From the NCBI GenBank assembly GCA_043228905.1, contig JBHGNT010000012.1:7130001-7194000 (forward strand): DNA of 64,000 nucleotides, given 5' to 3'. This document shows positions 1-28,002 of the stretch, in pieces (within the stretch, counting starts at the first letter, position 1; each line of letters begins with the position of its first letter). A program made the translations under genes and the position numbers. Below the pieces are notes generated by a model that was not told the origin of the DNA, made no database searches, and saw only the letters and a program-made list of their open reading frames with translations. Source of the DNA: Azolla caroliniana. Lineage: Eukaryota > Plantae > Polypodiophyta.

Positions 1-10806
<10,806 letters not shown>

Positions 10807-11519
10807 AATTTCCTGTATTTATTGCTCAAGTTTCCATCGTACATCAATGATTGTATACAACTCTTAATGAAACACAAAGATCAATTATTAAATTGTGTCA
10901 CAAATGAAATCACAATTAGACTATAAATGTATGTGCATATGCATATAGATAGATAGAGATATCCAGAATACTAGAATCACAAACTTTTAACCAAGAGAGA
11001 GGGCACGATCAAGACCATCAATTTAACTCTACAGAAGTAGAAGCATATGTGCTTAAGTAAGAAAGAAGCATAACATCAACTGGAACTAGAAATGTAGTAT
11101 TCAACTCCTCAATATGCCTTCATTCATCTTTCATGAAAAGTCAACTCATGGACATATCAAATTTAAGTTCCAATCAAGCAAGGGAGAAAAAACGATACCT
11201 TAACTTCTTTAAAAATATCAAAATGGCCTATAAGCCTGTAGGAGAGACTACATTTTAAATAATTGTCCTGTCTTTGAGAATAACAAACTAAAATAAATAC
11301 ATAACTAAGTTAGTAGAACTTTCTACGGTATCAGAGAATCTCATAACTAAGCACTTAACATTTTGAGCTTAGATGGACACAAACTGCTCGTTAAAATCAT
11401 CTCTCAAAACATTAGCCACAGTCAAAAAAGTACACTTACAAAATAGATGAAAAGACATCCACCTTTTTAACATTCCTCACTTTTCGAAGGTCACAGGTAT
11501 AAACAATACCTACTCATCA

Positions 11520-11930
11520 GAAACAGTTCAGTTCAGGTTGGCAGTCTCAAAGCAAACCATTTAAAAAAATTTGAAACTTAAACCAAACCGAACTGCAAAA
11601 CCTTTCAAACCAAACCAATGAGGAATTATCACGTTCAAGATCAAGAGTTCTACAAACTTTTAAGCTGTTCAGCCATTAAGCCATGGTTTGACAATGCACA
11701 TCACTTTGCATAAATTATAAAATATATAATTATGGTTACCATTTTGAAGCCTGATAAACTGCAAATTGCTAAGCTGATAAAAGCTCAAATTGAACCAAAC
11801 AAAACCTGTGAACCCCCAAGCTAAATCGAACTGTTTTAATTTCTAAACGTATACTAAACTGAACCAAACCAGTTAAGCTGTCAAGCCACAACTGCACAAA
11901 TCGGTTCAGCTCAAATCGAACTATTGCATA
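11520..11930. mobile_element. Possible degenerate MITE/hAT-like remnant in the presumed 5' UTR intron
   Basis: Cluster of AACCG/AACTG/GGTTCA motifs in both orientations; termini not resolved. Confidence 0.3.
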
Positions 11931-13121
11931 TTCCTAACAATATCCATCCAAATGTCGATTTTTGACTCAATGCTATCCTGAATATTCAAACTTACTGTTT
12001 TCATTCTACATTTACATTTTGGCTCCATTTTTGGCGTTTTCTCAATATTTTTCATCATCTCAAACTAGTTCTCTTGTCTTCTCATATAAATGCCTAGCTA
12101 TCAATATAATCAAATTGACATTTGTATAATCAGCGAAGGCACAGCTATAGAACAAGATGAGGGGAAGTTACTAATGTACAATGGCTATAGATCTCCAGAT
12201 GACGTTTACATTTAAGTCATTCATATGCATTTGAAAGGAAATCATTATAAGGTCTCAAGAGAAGCATAGATAGTTTCATCAAGATGGTTACGAATCTGGA
12301 TAATTATCTAAATGCAGGATCCCGGGAGAGTTGAGTTCCATAAAAAAAATACATAACATGATATTTTCACAAGTCTGCACCAATATCTGGAACAGTTTCC
12401 ATACATCAGACTGGAGATCATGAAAAGGCAATCACTTTACTTTCTGATGCGCGGGGGGGGGGGGCTGCTGTGGAAATGTACCAAGCTCTTTGATTATTTA
12501 GATCCAAGAAACATATTCCTTTCTTCTAAATTCCTATAGATTGCCCGTACATTTTCCAATGATTTCCGACTATTCATAAAGAGAAAGCAACTAATTAGTA
12601 AAGGAAAATAATTTTGCCAAAATGTCATAAACCTTCATCAATGTGTGTTCTCATTGCGTCCCAACAAAATGAATCTCATAACTCATCACGTTTTAGGCAG
12701 AAGCCAAAGCAATGGGGTGATCGTATAAGAATATGTTGGATAATAGTTGTGATATTACTTACCAAAAGATATACCAAGATTTGAAGGTGTTTCTTTCGGA
12801 AAATCTCAAGATTTGGAAGCAACCTGGCCTTCAAAACTTTTGGATATCACTAAAGTTTCTGGCCTTTTTCCACCAAATATTTGCATACAGGACTATATAA
12901 GAACCATATGCGCAAGATAAGTCTTAGAAGAGATCAATTGAGATACAAGTCTATACATATAGATGTCTACGACCAAAGCGTCAATACAAGACTATAGATT
13001 CGAATAGTTCTATAAAAAGATGGCATAGACGCAAATAGAAAGGAAAGGATAGGTGCAAAGCAAAGGAACCAAAGGTACAAAGAAACGAGCGAGAAGAAGG
13101 GGAGGAGGAGATTTTCATTTA

Positions 13122-13248
13122 CCTGGAAATGCAGCGGGGAAGGAAAGAAGATGAAGAAGATTTACGGCATGAGCTTCACGCGACACATATTATATCGATC
13201 CAGGATCTGCAGGAAGAGGGAGGGGCACAGGAAGATGGATCGATGGAG

Positions 13249-13260
<12 letters not shown>
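13122..13260 (-). promoter_or_regulatory. Probable non-coding first exon/TSS region of the BEACH gene
   Basis: Minus-strand CT-rich leader with a CAG|GTAAAT donor near 13122, adjoining a (GA)n tract; ~2.3 kb upstream of the ATG. Confidence 0.45.
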
Positions 13261-13289
<29 letters not shown>

Positions 13290-13389
13290 TATGTGTATGT
13301 AATATGTAATATGTATGTGTATGTGTATGTGTATGTAGGATGTGTATGTGTATGTGTATGTAATATGTATGTGTATGTGTATGTGACTA

Positions 13390-13444
<55 letters not shown>

Positions 13445-13451
13445 GTGACTA

Positions 13452-13530
<79 letters not shown>

Positions 13531-13571
13531 GTAGGATGTGTATGTGTATGTGTATGTGTATGTAATATGTA

Positions 13572-13602
<31 letters not shown>

Positions 13603-13612
13603 GTAATATGTA

Positions 13613-13661
<49 letters not shown>

Positions 13662-13700
13662 GTATGTGTATGTAGGATGTGTATGTGTATGTGTATGTAT
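13252..13700. repeat. (GA)n followed by a ~410-bp (TATGTG)n microsatellite
   Basis: Direct inspection; also the source of the spurious VY/HI/CM-repeat ORFs. Confidence 0.97.
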
Positions 13701-13703
13701 GCT

Positions 13704-18845
<5,142 letters not shown>

Positions 18846-18881
18846 TCGGTATGTAGTATGTGTATGTGTATGTGTATGGCT

Positions 18882-19033
18882 CATGTCTAACTACTACCAA
18901 ATACATATTAAAGAGCGCAAGTGAGCGAATCGCGGGCGCGGACGTGCAGGTCACTCAGCTGACGACGCGTACAATCTGCACCGTCTGATGTGGATAAAAA
19001 GTTGACAATGTCTACCACTTAGAGCCCGACTCT
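18882..19033 (+). mobile_element. Second copy of the left end of the long-TIR element (truncated)
   Basis: catgtctaactactacc...gagcgcaagtgagcgaatcgcgggcgcggacg...gagcccgactc matches 13704-13855 and is again preceded by (TATGTG)n-gctc. Confidence 0.75.
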
Positions 19034-20450
19034 GTAAAGTCTCAATTGGTGGCATCATTCGAGATGAAGGACTTGGGGGACTTCACTACTTCCTCGAAAT
19101 CGAAGTGATCCGAACCTCAGAAGGCGTATTGATCAACCAACGACACTATGTGTTGAATATTCTCTTCAAGTTCAGCATGAGCGATTGTAAATCCGTCTCG
19201 ACTCCTCTTGACGGGAACGTTAAGCTTCACCACAAATCGGGGACAACTTGCGATGCGACACAGTTCCGACAGACAGTCAGGAGCCTCATCTACTTGACGA
19301 TCACCCGACTGGACCTCAACTATCCGACCGGCTTGATTAGTCAATTCATGTCGCAATTGACATCTTATCACCTTCAGTGCATGCATCAGATATTGTGATA
19401 TGTCAGTGGCACTAAGGATCATGGGTTGTTGTATCAGACAAGTGTAACCGAACGTTGATTGGGCTGGACGCGCATGCAATTGTCGATTGACATATGGATA
19501 TGCTTTGTCTTTGGGGAGTGCAGTAATCGCCTAGTGTAACAAAAAGCTGCCGACAATTGCATTGTCGAGCATTGAGGCCGAGTATAGAGGAGCGGTTGTC
19601 GCTACGTGCGAAGCCATTTGGCTCAAAAGGCTATTGAAGGATCTGCAAATGGAGGTTGCCGATCCAATGACGATCTATTGTGACAACCTCATCAACATCC
19701 AACTCACTAAAATTCTTGACTTCCACACTCAAACAAAGCACATCGAAATGCATTACCACTTCATGCGCGAGCAAGTTCTCTCTAGTGAAGTAGAACTGGT
19801 GTATGTTATGACGGATTAGCAGGTGGCCAACATCTTCACAAAACCTCTCAGACTTGACAAGTTGTAGCAATTCTCGGGCGTGCTTGGTCCACAACACCTT
19901 GATTTGCCAAACTTGAGGGGGAGAGTCAAGGGGAGACTTGATGAGAGAGTTGATTGGCTGAGGAATCCGAATCGGACAAGAGAATGACAAGAAGAAAATC
20001 AGCTAAAGGAAGACCAACCGATGACTACATGGGGAGTAGAACGAGTGAGCCAATGCAAGCCGAACATAGGGGAAGAGCCGGGAAAGGAGGCAGTCAAAGC
20101 CGAAGCTGATGCGGAGGAGCCAAGGGGTAGAGGGGCACCAAATTTGTAGAGGAAAGGAGAATGTTGATGAGGGCCTTGGGAGCAGACAAGACGATTGCAT
20201 GGGTCGTGGAGTGTGGGATAGGAGGCAAGTTGGAAGAAGGGGTCGAGGCGAAGAACCGGCAGAGCAAAAGGAGGAACCTCAAGTTGAGCTTGACTGGGAG
20301 TGTTGAGAGACAAGCTCAACATGACCCGAATGGCTAAAGGCCAATAGGTCGGTTGGCTGAAGAAGCCGACATACGAGTTGGCTAAGGAGAGTCAGTTGAA
20401 GAAGCCGACAGCTAGATCAATCGAGAGAAAACTAACTAACTGACTGAGTC
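19034..20450 (+). mobile_element. Ty1/copia 3' fragment (end of RT, RNase H, PPT, start of 3' LTR)
   Basis: SLIYLTITRLDL, EAEYRGAVVATCEAIWL, TKHIEMHYHF with stops; LTR start TGTTGAGAGACAAGCTCAAC at 20301, same as 21332. Confidence 0.9.
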
Positions 20451-23136
20451 GTGAGGGGCGAACATAGTATTAAGAATATTAATTTTCAGATATTGTCGGG
20501 ACACTCATTTATGAGCATTCAAGTAGTTGTCAATACTTGTGTCAGCCCGCTATCAAGGTTGTTGATCTACCGACAGCTAATTGTTGTACCCAACAATACG
20601 TTGAACATTCTGACCGAGCGTCCTATCAAGATGATTGTGGTAGGAAATGAATAGACGAACTAGTCGGTGATTAGAAATTGTACTAAGTAACTGGGATCAA
20701 CTACTAGTCTTAATATAATTACTTATAAGCACAGGAAATCATAGATCGACATTGAAAATAGCAATGAACAGAGATATTGTCGACACAGAGATACTCTAAC
20801 CACTAACTTATATTAATTCCAAACAAAACGATAGATTTACCATGCTCTCGATCCTTCTTTTATAGGTGAACCGTGAGTCTCTTTTCAAGATTACACTTGA
20901 CCTTGTTCAACAAGAACTATTACAAAACTGTCCTAACTAATTCCAATATATTTTTCTACTTGGCAAAATGACTAATTATTGACTCATCAATCCGACCCTT
21001 TGATCCGACTTTGACACTTCCATACTTGTTCGACTCCGACTTCCTTTCACATCTGCCCGACTTTGACCCTGGTAGTCGATTGGCTAACACTTGGCACGCT
21101 CATGGGACAATACCTTGCACGGTCAAACCTACCCCTCGATGCTTTACTCTGGTCTTCTTCAGGTTCATCATCGGCATCCTCCTCACTTTCATCCTCGTTG
21201 AGGATGTCGAACAAATTCGGCTCCTCCTTAGTTTTGGTGTAGGTGTCAGGTGGCATGTTCCTTTGTTTGTCGCGTCGCGTCTTTGTGTGTGTCCTCGGCC
21301 CTCGAGTCAGTTGCTGGTGGTTGGACCGGTCTGTTGAGAGACAAGCTCAACATCGGCCGGATCGGCTGAAGAAGCCGAGGACCGGATCGGTTAGGCCGAA
21401 TGTGTAAACCGGTACACAGACCGGTGCGTAGGTAGGGCCGGATCGGTGCGTAAACCGGGAGGCCGTTAGGAAAGATATTCCGTGAGGAATATATTTGGGA
21501 GTTAGTGTAGGAGCTCTGGATGAGTATTGAAGTACTGTCAGTACTTCGGTCAGTCCTTCTAGGACTTGTATAAAAGTGTTCATTGAACACACATATGTAT
21601 AGAGCATGGTGAATAGAGATTGAGTATTGTTGTTGAATATAGTTCTTGTGTTTTCTCTCACTCTCTCTATCTCTCCCGCGTATACTGCGTAAGCTCAAGC
21701 TCTCCATTGAACCTGAGTTTTCTTCCTCCTGTTCGGTCTTCACACTTGCTTCCGCACGTTACTTTTTACATGGTATCAGAGCGCGAGGGTTGAGAACCTC
21801 TCTGCAGCCGACACAGCTTGACGAAGAAGAACAAGAAGAATGATGGATAGAGGCATGGCGAGCTCGCTTCCAACAGAGAAGCTCGACAAAACCAACTACG
21901 CGTCTTGGTCCTACAAGATGCACCAGTACCTGCTCGGGCATGACTACTGGAGTTATGTCGAAGGAGCTAATGACGCGGCACCCGAATCGACACACAGAGA
22001 CTTCCCGTCATGGGAGTGTGTGTGGGCGAACAACTATTGAGCTATGTTCGGGATGCAAAGACGCCGAAGGGTGCGTGGGAAAATCTGAAGAAGATTTTCG
22101 CCACGAGCACCACAGCCAGGAAGCTTCAGCTCCGACAGGAGTTGAGCAACCTACGACAACGCGACTTGTCGGTGGCGGACTATACCTCGAAGATCAAGGA
22201 TATCTGCGACTCCCTCGCCTCCATAGAGGTGAACATCGAGGAGAGCGAGATGGTCCAGATCTGTCTCGGAGGTTTGGCGTCGAAGTTCGGAGCGTTCCGA
22301 ATGACTGTGTGTACCCGGGAGAATACGCCGTCCTTTTTTGACTTACAGTCAATGCTCCTGGTAGAGGAAAACCACGCGGGTGCGTCTACAAGTACGCATA
22401 CCAACAACAGAATGTTGTACACGGAGGGAGATAGGCCCCATGGACGTGGAGGACGAGGCGAGTCGGCGGGCAATGGAGGCGGCCGACGAGATCAAGGAAG
22501 AAGGCACCGAAGTGATGCCGACAGCAACTCCGGACCCTCCGGAAACAGGGGGAGTCGAAGCGATGAGAACCGGCAAGGGAAGGCCATCGCGGAGTGCTGG
22601 TACTGTGGCAAGAAAGGCCATAGGGAAAGTGAGTGCTGGAAGAAGCGCGCCGTTTCGGAGAGAACCGGTTCCGGAAACGGCTCCAGACATACCGACAAGG
22701 GAAATCGGCAGCGATCGCACTACACCGAAGACTCTGGGAGAGCCGGAGAAGGGTCTGCCTTCGTGACGAGACACGAAGCAAACTCAATGAAACAAACCAC
22801 CCCGAGATCGGACGAGGTGTGGTACGTAGACTCCGGCGCGTCAAACCACATGACGAGCCATAAGGAGTAGTTCTCGTACCTTGAAAAACCGATACAATCT
22901 GGAGTAGTCGCAACTGGAGACGACACTCCGCATCCGATCGCGAATGTCGGAGAAGTTCCCCTTAGCCATGTCGGGCAGAAAGGGAAACTCATGAACGTGC
23001 TACACGTTCCGACAATCACGAAGAACTTGGTCTCGGTCGGACAGATCGTCGACCAAGGGATGGAGGTTCAGTTTACACACCTCGGGTGCTTCATTGAGGA
23101 AGAAGGCCGTGTGATTGCGCAAGGGTGCAGAGACGG

Positions 23137-23859
23137 TGTCGTGCCTTTCGGCTCCGGATCGTTGCGTGAGTCGGGTGGGAACCGCCGAGGTTTTGGACTA
23201 GGAGAAAGAAAAATACAAATAAGGCTAGTAAAGAATAGGTATAAAGAGTTATAAGATAAGAATCTCGTGAATCCCACGAGTTTAGTATATTTAGTCAATA
23301 TTTAGGTAGTAAGAGAGAATTATTTTAGCAAATTCGTGAATCCCACGAATATTTTAGATTGATTGATCATTATAGAAAAATAATCAACAAAAACTACAAT
23401 GTGCTCCCCATCCTTATATAGTGATGGGAGAGACTAAGCATAGCTACATGCTTTTTTTCTAATATGTTCATGCACACTAAATGTGCATGTGATGCTTTTC
23501 TAATCCTTGCTTTTATTTGCTAAATATAGTGCTCATGCACGCTAGATGTGCATGAGTCACTTTTTAGTTGCTTGCGGTTTTCTATAAAATATTCACGCAC
23601 TCTAAATATACATGATTTACCTTTTAATAAAGGTAGGCGCAAATAAAGCACTTGTAATTATTAAATCTATTTATAGAACACTAAAGATAAGGTAGCATAA
23701 TGGTAAAGTTGAGGTTTGGCTACGTGGAGGTACAAGGTTTGAATCTTGCCCTATGCACGTGATAAATATCTTGATATTCTTATTTTATTTATTTATATGT
23801 AATTAAATCGGTTATATTATTTTTACTTTTTCACGTAGTGTACGAAATACACTACGACA
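23137..23859 (-). mobile_element. Solo LTR of the CG-targeting family (copy A)
   Basis: TGTCGTGCC...ACTACGACA, reverse orientation and homologous to the LTRs at 27127/29776; 4-bp TSD ACGG; removing it restores the host frame QGCRDGRMF. Confidence 0.93.
23688..23757 (+). ncRNA. tRNA-derived A-box/B-box cassette inside the LTR (not a functional tRNA)
   Basis: tagcataatggt ... ggaggtacaaggtttgaatc with tRNA-like spacing; homologues at 27265-27334 (-), 29914-29983 (-) and 62300-62367 (+). Confidence 0.55.
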
Positions 23860-26800
23860 ACGGGAGGATGTTCATCCTCGACTCCACTGACGGCGGCACC
23901 GCAATGTTCGCGAAGGGACAAAAATCCGAGTCAGACATCGACTTGTGGCACAAGCGGATAGGCCATGTCAACTACCAGCGGCTTCAAGATTTGCAAACGA
24001 AACAGGTAGTGTTCGGATTGCCCAAAATTAGTGGCCGAAAGGCACAAATTTGTGAAGCCTGCCAGCTCGGGAAGCAACACCGACTTCCCTTCCCCAACGA
24101 GCGAAACCGTAGCCGGAACAAGCTCGACCTTATACACTCCGATGTATGGGGGCCGACACAAAACGTTAGTCTTGGCGGGAGCCGATATTTCGTCTCCTTC
24201 ATCGACGACCACATGCGGCACACGTGGATCTACCTCATTGAGAGGAAGAGCGAAGTCTTCAACTATTTCCGGGACCTCAAAGGGTTCGTGGAAACGGAAA
24301 CGGGACGAAAGATCAAGTGCCTGCGGTCGGATGGCGGGAAAGATTACTTTTCTGGTCAATTCAACGGTTACCTACAACAAATGGGAATTCGCCGCGAATT
24401 CAGTTGTAGATACACGCCGGAGCAGAACAACGTGGCCGAGAGGAAGAATTGGTCAGTTGTGGAAGCGGCACAGGCAATGCTAGAGGAGAAGAGCTTGCCC
24501 AAGTTCTACTGGGCCGAGGCGGTAAGGACCGCGGTATACATCCAAAACCGGATCGGAGACAAAGTGTCGGCGCACGAGCTATATTTCGGAACGAAGCTGA
24601 ACTTGCGACACTTAAGGGTGTTCGGTAGCATTGCGTATGTGCATGTATCGAAGGAGAAAAGGAGGAAGCTGGACGCAAAGGCCGAGAAATGCATCTTGGT
24701 CGGTTACTCGGACGAGCAGAAGGGTTATAAGTGCTATAACCCTCGCACCAAACAAGCGCGTGTTAGCCGCGACGTTGTGGTTGACAAGTCCGCGTCCCGG
24801 TACCAGCCCCCGACTCCGAACCCCGACTCCAATCCGTGTTCTGACGATGAGGTCAGCGAGGCCGAGATGCCTCCGGATGAGCCTGATTTCACTCCGTTTA
24901 AGTGGACCGATTGGGCAACTGAGTCGGTACGATCAGTCCGATGAAGAGCCGGCGAGTAGTGGAGACTCGGCCGTGCATTCCCCGTGCAGGAAATCGAGGA
25001 GACGGCTTACGCGCAAAGAGAAAGGGAAGAAGAAGGTGTCGGATTCCGGCACGGATAAGAACGAGTCAGACCGACGCGAGTCCGACTCCGAGGGAACCGG
25101 TGACGGGTCTTTAAAGGTGAAGACCGCGTCGACCGAGAAGGCCTCGACATCGGCTAATGTGAGATTACGCCGATCTACCCCCCAGAAGAATCCTGTTTTG
25201 CGGTTTTGATACAACGAGTACATGGCGCATCATTATGCGTACATGACCCGTGTAGAGGAAGTACGTGAGCTGGAGAGCTACGTAGAAGCGGCTAAAGACG
25301 CGAATTGGTGTGCCGCGATGGAGGAAGAGATGCACGCATTGGCGGAGAACGAGACCTGGGACCTGGTTGACGCACCAACAGGGGTAAAACAAATCGGGTG
25401 TAGGTGGGTGTACAAGGTCAAGTACAACACCGATGGCTCGGTCAACCGGTACAAGGCTCGGCTAGTGGCAAAGGGCTACGCGCAGAAACACGGCATTGGC
25501 TACGATGAGACGTTTGCGCCAGTCGCGAAAATGACGACTGTTTGTGTTTTGCTCGCAGTAGCTGCGGTGAAGGGGTGGCACTTACATCAGATGGATGTAA
25601 AGAATGGGTTCCTGCAAGGTGACCTTGAGGAACAGGTGTACATGGGACAACCCCCTGGATTTCACTCTGGAACGAACTCCTCGGCAATATGCCGACTAAA
25701 GAAGTCCCTTTACGGACTGAAGCAAGCCCCGCGTGCCTGGAATGCAAAGATCACGCAACAACTGCGTCGGATGGGCTTCGTCACGTCAAAATCGGACTCT
25801 TCCCTGTTCATCCGGAGAGGTCGACTCGGACCGGTTAGTATTTTGCTATATGTTGATGACTTGGTCATCACCAGCACCGACCTAGGAGAAATCGACCGCG
25901 TGAAGCTCCAGCTTGCGGCATCGTTCGACATAAAGGATCTGGGGGACCTTCATTACTTCCTCGGGATCGAAGTGATCCGTACCCCCGAAGGCATATTGAT
26001 CAGCCAACGTCATTACGTGCTGAGTATGGTCTTCAAATTCGGGATGGCCGACTGTAAGTCCGTCTCGACTCCTCTGGACAGAACCGTCAAGCTTCGTCCC
26101 GATACGGGAAAGGTATGCGACCCGACGAGGTTCCGACAAATTGTCGGAAGCCTCATATACTTGACCATCACCCGACCCGTGGCGCGACCTACCGAGGAGC
26201 ACCTCCAGTGTGCGCAACGCATACTTCGGTATGTCAACGACACTAAGGACCGGGGACTGCTATATCGGACCGGTGTAGCCGCATAGTTAGTCGGCTACAC
26301 CGATGCTGATTGGGCTGGCAACGCCGTCGATCGCTGATCCACGTCCGGATATGCGTTCTCCCTCGGGAGTGCCGCGATCACGTGGAGCAGTAAGAAGCAG
26401 CCGATAGTTGCACTGTCGAGCACCGAAGCTGAGTATCGAGGAGCGGCTATCGCGACATGCGAAGCCATATGGTTGAAGCGGCTACTTAGGGACCTGCAAG
26501 AGGAGCTGTCAGATCCGACGACGATCTACTGCGACAACCTCAGCAGCATCCAGCTCGCGAAAAACCCCGTTTTCCACGCACGGACCAAGCACATTGAGGT
26601 GCACTACCATTTCGTCTTCGAGCGTGTCCTTTCCGGTGAAGTCGAACTTCAGTACGTTCCGACGAATCGGCAGACTGCCGACATCTTCACCAAGCCTCTA
26701 GGTCTGGACAAGTTGCGGCAATTCTCAGGTGCGCTCAGATTGCGTCACCTCGACGTGCCAAACTTGAGGGGGAGAACAATCCCGAACGACCAAGCAAGGC

Positions 26801-27968
26801 AACAGGAAAGGAGCAGAGACCGTGACACCGAGTCGGTTGACTCGGTTGTCAAGTTGGACTTCAGATCGGCTGAAGAAGCCGAGCGCGGACCCGCGGAAAA
26901 GTCCGGAAGCGGACAGAAGGGGAGCAACTGAAGGAGAGAGCCGAAGCCAACCACGCATGGGGAAGATGACGCCACCGAGGGTGAGAAGACCGAAGACGAG
27001 TTGGAGATAGCCAACTCGGACGAGAGCGAAAACCGATCGGAGGTAGCTGAGTCGGTTCAGATGTTTGATTCAGATACGCTAAATCAACCGAGGCCCAAGC
27101 GGAAGAAAAGGCAGCAGGAGAAGCGTTGTCGTAGTGTATTTCGTACACTACGTGAAAAAGTAAAAATAATATAACCGATTTAATTACATATAAATAAATA
27201 AAATAAGAATATTAAGATATTTATCACCAATAAATAAAATAAGAATATCAAGATATTTATCACGTGCATAGGGCAAGATTTGAACCTTGCACCTCCACGT
27301 AGATAAACCTCAACTTTACCATTATGCTACCTTATCTTTAGTGTTTTACAAATAGATTTAATAACTATAAGTCCTTTATTTGCGCCTACCTTTATTAAAA
27401 GGTAAATCATGCATTTTTAGAGTGCGTGAATATTTTATAGAAAAACGCATAACAAAAGAAAAAGCTACACATACACATCTAGCGTGCATGATAAAAAACG
27501 CACAAGTTAGAAAAAGCATGATCACTTTAGATAAAGCATATAGTCTATCTATAGGAAAAGCATGGGGTCTATAGTTAGAGAAAAAGCATGGATTACTAAG
27601 ACTTCCTCATCACTACATAAGGATGGGGAGCACAATGTAATAGGTGTGTGAAATATTTGGAAATTGGATATATTTCCGAAAACACCAACCGATTAATATA
27701 ATCGTGGGATTCACGAAAATAATATAATCTATACTTGTGGGATTCACAAGTTTCTTATATCTTTCTTTCAATCTAAATACATATTCTTATCTAAATATTG
27801 ATTAATCGAATACAATACACTCGTGGGATTCACGAAATTTCTATCTCTCTTTCTAATAATCTATCCATTACTAGCCTCATCTCATATTCTTCTTTCTCCT
27901 AGTCCAAAACCCCAGTGGTTCCCACCCGACTCACGCAAACGATCCGGAGCCGAAAGGCACGACACAGT

Positions 27969-27986
27969 TGGTGAACCCGACGTGAA
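27969..27986 (+). promoter_or_regulatory. Primer-binding site complementary to the 3' end of tRNA-Trp(CCA)
   Basis: TGGTGAACCCGACGTGAA is the reverse complement of TTCACGTCGGGTTCACCA, the 3' 18 nt of plant cytosolic tRNA-Trp as I recall it; identical PBS at 57613-57630 (-). Confidence 0.85.
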
Positions 27987-28002
27987 GGCGGGTGGCAAGG
28001 AG

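Larger units (their letters stand above)
21840..26930 (+). pseudogene. Copia gag-pol polyprotein, disrupted
   Basis: Zinc knuckle CWYCGKKGHRESEC, protease WYVDSGASNHM, integrase [24 protein letters not shown] and YVDDL, RNase H TKHIEVHYHF; stops, frameshifts and a solo LTR at 23137. Confidence 0.93.

Noticed and set aside
27702-27835. CRISPR-like array
   Set aside because: Eukaryotic LTR context, three short repeats with unequal spacing, no cas genes.
27127-27964. Retrozyme (hammerhead-bearing non-autonomous LTR element with a 4-bp TSD)
   Set aside because: No CTGA(T/C)GA...GAAA hammerhead core found by eye, and the element encodes a protein; an Infernal search would settle it.
27823-28002. 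Signal-peptide-like N-terminus of the 562-aa ORF, suggesting an env or secreted protein
   Set aside because: It starts at a GTG inside the LTR and reads through U5 and the PBS; the first ATG after the PBS (28003) aligns with the start in copy C.
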